Shown: positions 10,101 through 19,600 of the stretch, piece after piece
Position numbering within the stretch: the stretch's first letter is position 1
How the letters are laid out: every line of letters begins with the position of its first letter
IMG/VR virus record: IMGVR_UViG_3300023179_000098
Location: 5,334-69,333 of that record
Source of the DNA: a virus
DNA: 64,000 nt
Direction: 5' to 3' (one strand)
Translations under genes and position numbers: made by a program
The notes under the pieces: generated by a model
What the model was told of the DNA's origin: nothing
What the model saw: the letters and a program-made list of their open reading frames with translations, nothing else
Databases searched by the model: none

Positions 10101-12258
10101 TGGTAAAGGATTAACTTCTAAATCTGGTGAACTAGACATGCTTTATCAAAGTAGAGATAGAACTCAAAAAGCTGTAAAAGCTCTTTCTAGTAACTTAAGT
10201 GCTCAAGAGATGCAAGGCTTACTAACCACATATCCAGAATTAAGCGATGCTTTTAACAGAAAACTAAAACAAGTAGAAGCACAAGCTAAAGCTAGTGCTG
10301 ATCAAGCAAAAGTTGATGCAAAAACTGCTGTAGAAATTATTAAAGTAAAAGCAGAAGAAGCTAGAGCAGATATTGCATTTGAGTTAGAAAAAACTAGTAG
10401 AATTATTTCACAAATAGGTAGTGATACTCCAGAAAAATTACAAGCACAAATTGATTTTTCTAAAGATCAGTTAGCAAAAAATTTAAAAATTCTAGAAAAT
10501 AAACGAAAAGAATTTTTAGATCAAGTTGATGTTGCTCAAGGATTAACAAAAGCAGATCAAACGGAGACAAAAAATAAAATTAACTTAGAGTATGATAGGC
10601 TAAAATTTTTAGAAGAAGATAAAAATTTTAGTGAAAATTTAAATAGATTATCTCAACAAAGAGTAATGTCTACAAAAGAAACTAATGACTTACTTATAAA
10701 AAGATTAGAGTTACAAAAACAACTAATACGTGGAGACTCATTAGAAGCATTTGATCAATTAGCTGCTAAAAATAAAGAAATATTAAGATTACAACAAGAA
10801 ATGGAACTAGTAGATGCACAGGAAGCTAGTATAAAATCAACAGCTCTTCTAGCAAAATTTCGAAAAGACAATGAAAAAGAATTAGCTAATGAGTATTATG
10901 TAGATCCAGAAAAAGTAGCACAATTAAAAAGTTTAACAGCTAACGTCACATCTGATGAAAGACGTGTTAGAAACTTAATGTCTATACAAGGATTAACAAG
11001 AGAAGTTGCAGAAGATGGAGAAAGATATGAGCGCACTACTAAATTAATAGCTATTAATGAAGCTCAACTTCAAGCACAGTCACAATCTAGAATTATGGTT
11101 GAAGAAAGAAATTTTGCAATTAAAGAACAAGAGCTAAGATTAGAAGAAACCAGCTTAGGCATTCAAGGTCAATTAGGCACTTTAGTAGGAGACGAACTAA
11201 AATTAGCTGAAATGAGTTTACAATTTCGCAGAATAGACCTACAGCTAATGTTAGATCAAAAACGAGCACTTGAAAATTTAGCTACAGCACAGCGTGCACT
11301 AAAAGAAGCCGAACGTCAAGCAGGAACAACACAGGATGAACTTGGGATTGAAATGCCTAATACTACTGCAGGGGTAATTAAAGCTCAAAGTGATGTTACT
11401 CAGGCAGAAAATACTATTAAAAATCTTGGTGAAACAGCAGAAAGAACAAAAGATCAATTGCGAGCAGCATTTGTACCAGACTTTATTACAAAATTTAGTG
11501 AAACTTGGAATAGTGCATTCGATAAAATGACTGATGCATTTATGAATTTTATAAAAACTGGAAAACTTAATTTTAAAGATTTAACACTATCAATTCTACA
11601 AGATTTTACTAAAATGTTGCTTCAAATGGCTATTAAACAAGCTGCAGCTGCTACATTAAAAGCGGCATTAGCATTTCTGGGCTTTCCAATGCCATTTGCC
11701 AAAGGCGGTACATTTGGAGAAGGTACAAGTACTGGTGGAAGTTCTTTTAATAGCTATGTAGATGCAGGTGGTTTTGCTAAAGGCGGTATGTTTGGTTCAA
11801 ATATGCAAGCATATGCTATGGGAGGTGCTTTCGGTAAGGGAATGGAAGCCTATGGAAAAGGAGGAGCTTTTAGTTTACCTGGATATGCAAAAGGCGGAGC
11901 ATTTACAAATAATATAGTTGAAGCACCTACAGTTTTTAAATTTGCAAAAGGTGGTGCTCCAGATAACTTAGGAGTTATGGGAGAAGCAGGACCAGAAGCA
12001 ATAATGCCATTAAAACGTATGAGTAATGGCAATTTAGGTGTAGAAGGTGGTGGTAGTGGAACAACAGTAGATATTAAAATAAATAATTATACTGGTCAAC
12101 AAGCAACCACAAAAGAAACAACAGATAGTAGAGGAAATCGCAGTATACAAGTAACTATTGGAGATATGTTAAGCGGAGAAGTAGCTAGAAATAATAGCAA
12201 TATGCAAAATTCAATAGGTAGCACATTTGGTGTACGACCCCAGTTAATTAAGAGGTAA
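7132..12258 (+). CDS. Tail tape measure protein
   Basis: 1708 aa, mostly helical. The N-terminus is T5 pb2-like (GGLVRLYA..AANI.A.TAAF, KLEPELLDELG, LTDFERRQAFANAVL). It has hydrophobic segments and a C-terminal FAKGG/GVMGEAGPEAIMPL motif. Confidence 0.93.
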   Translation: MAGNTIDYNINVSDNGSIDKLTNKAKEFRGEVTRLQNIAGTGTKSGDQAMRRSTAAPGGSNLEDYTTAGGVTGRRGAGARDFAAESKGVGGLVRLYAEWAANIYAVTAAFSALQGAMQTEIMIRGMQQLGAATGTSLVGMTKEFVAATDGMVSFREAAEAVTKVTTSGMGKQQVLDIATVAKGASQALGLSMTDAVSRLSRGITKLEPELLDELGLFTKLDKAVSDYARSVGKSEGQLTDFERRQAFANAVLEEGKKKFSEIAQAGNPYDQLLANLKNVATDILNVVNTIVGPIAKLLADNTGLITAAIGLFALKIVGKVFPVLSDYRDKLDTIAKETKDRAAKIATAAEERQVFGKTGLEAKAGIPQATEALKAAKAREDAAREELNLTNKQNMSLADRTIKEQKINSLIKDRIAAEVALKEAGEKVDKLSSSPSTWSPTAAMQRQRAKDEAGRAARTGIVADVSRKFETKGVRESFASLGDQVKENAAVLGGWGRATTRAAGTLAILGQAISQVGSFIFSKLLGPISAIITVYEILNALFDSNAKEMRKLNDSLDQLSDATKTALDTNEKFKNSMSIDAVLAYANTLKGLDENIQNVVKSFKDTKKAEGWWNTVINVLKDITPGFDSVEEATSEGLGKALSAGLNNIKSEPLKQQLTQKYKDILKIDSKTPLTAKTMEDALNKLDGFGKKSAAEYQKALDDLSIAQSEANKQVQEYALYLRGLTDAGDLATKSTQSFMNSLKDSSPMGQMLQNNIKYLTQLNSALSSSDFKSQAAAMDAISRVDFAGTFGAGAVEAARLSDEFQEQKPLIDAVNASLQDQKKTLEELQQGRKNEWYQFGPETKEGAAERKAKIAETQSVIDAQERIINQFETRFREMAKRITEITGQAASQMAEIALNKHRIELAKIKNDLERFGLGLVPVKTESNLRAQAQLEKQSIRLEAQLVNSQNDLANSLDRLRIEIELQRTEDKIRALEAKGEMRTVDAMASGKGLTSKSGELDMLYQSRDRTQKAVKALSSNLSAQEMQGLLTTYPELSDAFNRKLKQVEAQAKASADQAKVDAKTAVEIIKVKAEEARADIAFELEKTSRIISQIGSDTPEKLQAQIDFSKDQLAKNLKILENKRKEFLDQVDVAQGLTKADQTETKNKINLEYDRLKFLEEDKNFSENLNRLSQQRVMSTKETNDLLIKRLELQKQLIRGDSLEAFDQLAAKNKEILRLQQEMELVDAQEASIKSTALLAKFRKDNEKELANEYYVDPEKVAQLKSLTANVTSDERRVRNLMSIQGLTREVAEDGERYERTTKLIAINEAQLQAQSQSRIMVEERNFAIKEQELRLEETSLGIQGQLGTLVGDELKLAEMSLQFRRIDLQLMLDQKRALENLATAQRALKEAERQAGTTQDELGIEMPNTTAGVIKAQSDVTQAENTIKNLGETAERTKDQLRAAFVPDFITKFSETWNSAFDKMTDAFMNFIKTGKLNFKDLTLSILQDFTKMLLQMAIKQAAAATLKAALAFLGFPMPFAKGGTFGEGTSTGGSSFNSYVDAGGFAKGGMFGSNMQAYAMGGAFGKGMEAYGKGGAFSLPGYAKGGAFTNNIVEAPTVFKFAKGGAPDNLGVMGEAGPEAIMPLKRMSNGNLGVEGGGSGTTVDIKINNYTGQQATTKETTDSRGNRSIQVTIGDMLSGEVARNNSNMQNSIGSTFGVRPQLIKR

Positions 12259-12262
12259 TAAT

Positions 12263-13066
12263 ATGCCAGGAGCAGTTTATAGCTGGCCTTTGGAACTACC
12301 TACTTGGCCACAAGTAGGTTTCCAAGAAGATATAAGAATGAAAATTCTTAGAACTCCTATGGACAAAGGCATATCAAAATTACGTACTGATGGAGTTGTT
12401 CATACAACACTAAAAGCCACATATTTCTTAGAAGACTATCAAGTATTAGAATTAGAAAATTTTATCTATAATGAAATAAAAGGTACTCTTAGATTTAGTT
12501 GGGCCCATCCAAGAACTTTTCAAAATGTAGAAGCTAGAATTATTCCTAATAATGGTAAAAGTTATATTGATATAGGTTATAAATTAGACAAATACTTTAC
12601 TACTTCTATTAGCTTACAAGTTATGCCAGAGTTTACTAATGCTGATGCAAATAACTCAGTATTTGGTCAAGCAAGTAGTCCTCCATATACATGGCCTAAT
12701 ACTTTGCCAGCTTTACCATTACGTGGTTATAGTGAAACAGGCAATTTAAATATTACTAGAACCGAAGATGGAATGAAACAACGTAGATTAGGCGAATTTC
12801 CAGGAACTTTAGATTTAAGCTATACTTTAACGGGTACACAAGTAGATACTTTAATAAATTTTTTAACTGTTACTTTAAAAGGAACTAGAAGATTTAACTT
12901 TGTTCATCCAAGAACTGGAGAAACAGAACAAGTTAGGGTAGTGGATAATGGCGGAAGTATATGCAGTATTACTCATGTAGGTACTGGATCAGGCAGTACT
13001 AATATTACACATTTAAAAAATACTAGTTACTATACAGTTGGTTTAAATTTAGAGATTATAAGATGA
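12263..13066 (+). CDS. Distal/minor tail protein (gpM-like), two tandem domains
   Basis: Two homologous halves: Y.WP..LP..P..G..E.....RT and KGT.RF...HPRT; follows the tape measure. Confidence 0.7.
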   Translation: MPGAVYSWPLELPTWPQVGFQEDIRMKILRTPMDKGISKLRTDGVVHTTLKATYFLEDYQVLELENFIYNEIKGTLRFSWAHPRTFQNVEARIIPNNGKSYIDIGYKLDKYFTTSISLQVMPEFTNADANNSVFGQASSPPYTWPNTLPALPLRGYSETGNLNITRTEDGMKQRRLGEFPGTLDLSYTLTGTQVDTLINFLTVTLKGTRRFNFVHPRTGETEQVRVVDNGGSICSITHVGTGSGSTNITHLKNTSYYTVGLNLEIIR

Positions 13067-13674
13067 GTAGATTAAATTCATTAAGTGCAGCAGCTATAAA
13101 AGCACTATATTCTGCCGATGCAGATGATACTTTAATAGTTCTAATTACAATATATGATCCTAGTGATGATACAGAACCAGTTGTTAGATTAGCAGATAAT
13201 TATACTACTTATTTTAATGCTCCAGCAATCATAGGTAATACAAATGTAAATAGAATAGTTTCCGCTCCCGTAGGAGCAGCAGCTTTTCCACCTATAGAAT
13301 TAGAAACAGACGGTGAAGATATAATTTATGGTGTAATAGGTCCTGGTAGTGAAAAGTATATATTCTTACCATTAACTATTACACTACCAGACGAAACTGC
13401 AGGCCAAAGTCCAAAATGTGTTTTAACTCTATATGATGTAGCAGGATATTTAACTCCACTAATTCGTGAAGTTTATGGTCCCCCACTAGTAAAATTACAA
13501 TTAGTATTAGCTAGTAATCCTTCCCAAGTAGAAATTACTTTTACAGATTTTTTTCTTACAAATATAACATATACCAGAGAATCTATACAAGCAGAATTAA
13601 ATATGATAAACTTGGATAGAGAACCATTTCCTCAACATCAATTTACACCAGCTTATTTTCCAGGACTATTCTAA
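13063..13674 (+). CDS. Minor tail protein (gpL/DUF1833-like)
   Basis: LITI, Y.FLP..ITLPDE, LVLAS.P..VE and EPFP...FTP.YFPGLF motifs. Confidence 0.75.
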   Translation: MSRLNSLSAAAIKALYSADADDTLIVLITIYDPSDDTEPVVRLADNYTTYFNAPAIIGNTNVNRIVSAPVGAAAFPPIELETDGEDIIYGVIGPGSEKYIFLPLTITLPDETAGQSPKCVLTLYDVAGYLTPLIREVYGPPLVKLQLVLASNPSQVEITFTDFFLTNITYTRESIQAELNMINLDREPFPQHQFTPAYFPGLF

Positions 13675-16600
13675 TGTGGGCAAATAAATATATCGGAATA
13701 CCTTATAAAGATGGCGGCAGAGATATTGACGGCTTAGATTGCTGGGGATTAGTTCGTCTTGTTTATAAAAATGAATATAATATAGACTTACCAAGTTTTA
13801 ATAATGAGTATATTATAACTGATAGAGAGCGTGTAAACGAACTATTTAGTCAATATAGAGAAGGTTGGGCTATAGAAGATAGTCCTAAAGAAGGAAATGT
13901 AGTATTACTACGTTTATTTGGTGAAGAATCTCATGTTGGTGTTTTAATTAATAGTAAACAATTCTTACATGTAAATCATAAAACACCAGCAGCTATAGAT
14001 AGTCTAGACAGTATTCGTTGGCGTAATAGAATTGTTGCTTTTGGTAGTTATAAACCAGAGAATCAAGTTATATTAAATGGTAGACCACATCCTCTTAAAA
14101 CTCAAAATTTTTCTTTACCAATAAATCCTGGTACTAAATTAATAGAATTAGTTAAGATAATTAGTCAAAAATATAATGTATCAAAAGAATTATTACAAAA
14201 TTTATTAATTATAGTAAATGGACGTATAATTGATAAAAATAACTGGGAATACTACTCTGTTCAAATGGGCGACAGAATAGAATATAGAGCACTTCCACAA
14301 GGTGCTGTTGCTAGAGCATTTGCATTTATTGCTTTAATAATTATAGCACCTTATTTAGCTGGAGTACTTCAATACGCCGGATTAGCTATGGCTGGTAGTG
14401 GTCTTGGACTTGGTGCTGCTCTTGGTGCTGGTGTAACTGCTATGGCAACAGGATTTGCTGCATATGGTTTTGTAGGTTATGCTTTAATGGGAGGCATATT
14501 ACTTGCTGGTAGTTATTTAATTAATGCTATAGCTCCAGTAAGACCCCCAGCTGAGGCAAAAGATCCAGGTCAAGCCGAACAGCAGATGATTGCTACGGGA
14601 GTACAAAATCAGCAATTAAGGTATGAAACAATACCTATTGTACTTGGTAAAATGAGAATTACTCCTCCATTAGGTGCTCAAAATTTTATTACCTATCAAT
14701 CAGAAATTGATACTTATTTAAGTTTATTTTTATGTTGGGGATATGGACCGCTAGTATTAAATACAAATACTCTTAGAATAGGTAATATTTCAATAGATAA
14801 TTACACAATAGATGCTATAGAACATTTAGATATTAAAATTAATGACTATGATTCAACAGTATCTCCTCCAATTGGAGGAGGAACATATTATACTAGTAAT
14901 GGCGATCAAACACGTTTTGACACTATATATGGTAATGACATTGTACAAGTATTTAAAAATTCAGAAATCATAAACTTAGGCCATCCGGATTCTCCTGCAA
15001 TAACAACTTCTGCTGTTGCTCCAACAATTGAAGTTGCTATTCCATCACTTGGTAGCACTGATACGCCATATAATAGTATAGAAATTGCATATCATTTTCC
15101 ACAAGGTATGCGTAAAATTAAAGCTAAAGGTGAAAATGCTGGAGAAGATTACTCAGTAGATAGTCAAGGACCACTAGTACGTACTGAAATTAAATATGGA
15201 AGTAGTGGTACATGGACTCTTCTTTCTGAGGAACAGTTTGGTAATATTGGTAAAAAGAAAGATGCTTTTACACTGACAAGAACTTATACAGTTAATACTA
15301 GGGATAGTATTACTATAAGAGTACAAAGATTAACTGGTGGAGCAAGTGATCCACCTAATCCTGGTGATACCTCTTTTGCAACATTGACAGCTGCATCAGG
15401 ACAATGTGTAAATGTTGAAGATTATGAAGGTACTGAGACATATGATGCTGGAGAGGGGATAGCATATTCTTTTTTTAGATGGATGCAGAGAGATGTAGTA
15501 AGAGCGGAAACTAATCAACAAGCTTGTATAGCTGCTGGAGGAGTTTGGCGTACAAATTATGATAGTGACAATGAAAAAGCTAAAGAATGGCGGTATGCTA
15601 CACAAGTAAATTTACTTAGTTTAACAGGAAGACGTCAAGCTAAAGCTTTTAATGCTCCTTTAAATACTAATATATCTAGAACAGCAATTAGATTAAAAAG
15701 TAGTAGAGAAATAAATGGGCAATTAGAAGGAATAAATGCAGTAGTTCAAACTGTAGCAAGAATATGGAATGGAACAGATTGGAATACTTTAGCAGGTACA
15801 AGTAATCCAGCTAGTTTATTTATTCATGTATTAATGAGTCCAGCAAATCCCAGAAAAATATCTTCTGCTGAAATGGCTAACAGAATTAACTTAGCTGAAT
15901 TAGGCGATTGGTACACATATTGCGAAACACATAACCCAAAATTTACATATAATGCACTAGTAAATGGAAAAACAAGCGTACTAGATGTTCTAAAAGATAT
16001 TTGTGCAGCTGGTAGGGCAAGCCCTACACAAATTGATGGAAAGTGGACAGTTACTATAGATAGAGTAAAACCAAATATTATACAATATTTTAGTCCACAT
16101 AATAGTTGGAACTTTGAAAGTACTAGAAATTTAAATAAAGTACCAGATGGTTTACGTATTACCTTTAATGATGAAGCTAGTGATTATCAGCAATCTGAAC
16201 ATATAATATTTAAATCTGGAAAAAATAGAAATAATAGTGAGTTATATGAAACAATAAGTTTACCTGGTATTACAAATAGTAGTTTAGTAGAAGATCATGC
16301 TAGATGGCATATTGCTCAAGCTATATTACGCAGAGAAATTTATAGTTTAAATACAGATATGGAATACTTAGTGTGTAATCGTGGCGATAGAGTAACTGTA
16401 GCTCATGATGTACCTATGTGGGGTTTAGGAAGCGGCAGAGTAAAAAATGTATTATCTAATACTTTATTAGAAATAGATGATCCAGTATTAATAGACCCTA
16501 CTATTAATTATATAATTAGAGTAAGAAATTCTACACAAACACCTTCAACAATAACTGGTTCAGCAGGTCCAGCAGGTTTAGAATCAACTATTAAAAAATC

Positions 16601-19600
16601 TGGATTTGTGTATAGTGCTGCTAATAGGGATATAGCAGGAGTAGTTACGCTTACAATATCTAGCATAGATCCTAATCCATTTAGTGTTGATGATCTATTA
16701 AGTGTTAGTGGAAGTTTAGGTGGTAATATTAGAGTAAGCGAAATAGGTGTTGGATTTATTAAATATGAAACTACTACTTATACTGTAGCTACTAGTGCTG
16801 GTGGTACTATAGCTCTTGCAAAAGGTTTATTTAAAAAACTAACGCTTGATACAGCTATATCAAATATAGCACAAACAGATCTATTTTTAATCGGTAATAC
16901 TACACAAAAAACAAATGATTTAATAGTATTAGGTATAGAAACAACCAGTGGAAAAACAGCAAAAATAGCTTTTACTGATTATGCTTCAAATATTTTTACT
17001 GACTATAAAAATGAAACAGAAGCTTTAATATTTAACACTAATATTACTCTTCCACCAGGTTTATCAGGTTTTGAATTAAAAGATAAACCAACTGTAACAG
17101 AAGTTATAAGTGATGATAGAGTATCTATTTTACTTGCAAATAATATATGGAAATATAAGCTAAGAATAGTTTATAGTAATTTTATTTTAAGTGATAATAC
17201 AACTACTAGTCATACAGGCTCTAGTTCTAGAGCTATAATACAATATGTAGAGTGTGAATATGCTACAGTAGGTACTGCATCTAATGAAAGATCTATAAGA
17301 GTTCCTTATGAACAATTAGTTGTAGATATTGATGATGTTCAAATAGGAGAAGAATATAAAGCTAGACTTCGTTATATTACTAGAAACGGTGTTGCTGGTC
17401 CATGGACTTCTGTAATTACTGCTACTACATTTCCACAAATGAAAATTGTTGGCAGAGATACTAACTATGGAGAAATTGATGAATTAGTAGTTAATCATGA
17501 TGGTAGATATTTAGAAATTACTCCAGTTACTGTTCCTACTCCTAAAGATTTTAGACATTATGAAGTAAGAGTTTGGAAAAATTCATTACCAGGTACTACT
17601 AGCGGAGATTTTTGGGATGATACTACTTTTGAAGGAACTTTAACAGCAGGAACTAATACTATATCTGTATCTAGTGGAAATACTGCTTTATTAAGAGTTG
17701 GAAAAATTCCTCAAAAAATTAGAGGAACAGGAAGTTTTGATACAACAGCTACAGTTACTGGCGTAACTTCTACTACTGTAACTATGAGCAGTAATAATTC
17801 AATTACTGGAACAATTGTATTTACCTTAGATAAAGGAGTAATGGGACTAGGTACAAGTACTGGTACATATAAGCAAGATTTAATTAATTTTGATCGACCC
17901 AGATTAAATCAAGCAGGTGTAAAATATAGAATAAATTCAAGAATAGTATCTACTACTAATACTTATAGTAAATATTCTGGAATCAATAATATAGTTTTAG
18001 GCAATATAGCACCAGGACCAAGTACAGTAAAACCTGAAATAGGTTCCTATTCCTTAGAGATTACAAATCCAACACAAGGATTAATTAGACGTAGTGATGC
18101 AGCAGGTATGCGAGTTTATATGAGTGATCAATCTGGATTTACTCCAAATAATGATTACGCAGAATTAGTAGGTAGTATTAGTGGAACTACTTTAACGGTA
18201 ACTAATGTAACTAGCGGCAGATTAGCTCCTGGAGCTGTACTACAAGGTGCAGGAATAGGCCCAAGATATTCTGGATATACTGGAACTATAGTATTACAAA
18301 CCTCTAATAATGTTAGTACTGGCACTTTAGTAACAACTACCTCCAGAATAATATTAATTACAGGCTTAAATACTGTAAATAATTTAAGACCAGGACAATA
18401 TATTGAATTAAATACTCCTAGTACAGGTAGTTTTGGTACAGTTTCAGGATCTCCAGCACTAGCAATAATAGATACAATAGATAGCTCTTCTCAAATAAGT
18501 GTTCGTACACAAACAAATAATAATAGTGCACTAAGTGTTGCAATAACTCCACCAACAGTCGGAGCAATAACTTTTAGTATATCTTCAGGTATAGCTAGTT
18601 TTTCTGATATATCTGTCAGTATATTAAGCGGTCCAATTCTTACAACTGGTGGCTCAGGAACTTATACTGTTAGTGTAGCACAAACTGTACCAGCAGGTAC
18701 AGTTATAAAAGCTTTTTCTAATAGAGTATATGATGGAGAAAGTTTTACAGCAAATATTTCTAATGTATATCCTGAAAAAAAGTTTTATTATAGACATGCT
18801 GTATTAAGTTTATTAGCAAAAACACCTAGTCCTGTATATTTAGAAGATTATTACTATAGTGATGAAAAAGAAATTACAGTTTATAGTTCAGAGGCGACAG
18901 TAGTAGATAATATACCTCCACCAACTCCTACTGGCATTACAGTAGAAGCAGGAATGACAAATATTTTTATTAAATTTGAAAGCAGACCCTACTATAATTT
19001 AAGTAGGAATACTGATGATTTAGTAAATAGTAGTTCTTCACATAAAGCAACTGTAATGTATATGGTTCCAAATAGAAATACTTCAGATGTGATGACATTT
19101 GAGAATATTATTGCTACTGGTACTGCAGAAGTACATTACTTATCTGGTGAGCAAGAATATTTTACAAGTATTCCAGCTCAGCCAGGTACTATTTATTATA
19201 TTTGGTTTAAAAACCAAAGCAAAGCCGGTATATTTAGTATAGGAGCATTAGGACCGTTTATTGTAGAAACTGGTATTGATATAGAAAAATTACTTCATTC
19301 TTTGACCGGTAAATTAACAGCGGGCCAGTTATACGGTCTATTAGGTAGTCGTATAAATGAAATAGATAGAGGTGATAGTCCAATAGCTACAAAAGTAGAC
19401 CAATTAGAAGGACAATATACTGTTAAAATAGATAATAGTGGAAATGTTGCCGGATATGGCTTATCTAGTACTGGTACTGGTCTTAATCATGCCGAAAGTC
19501 AATTTGGAGTTCGCGCCGATTATTTTTGGGTTGCTCCAGTAAGTCACGTTAGTGATACTGAGCCTGCAGCTAGCGATAGATATAAAGGATATGTTTGGGT

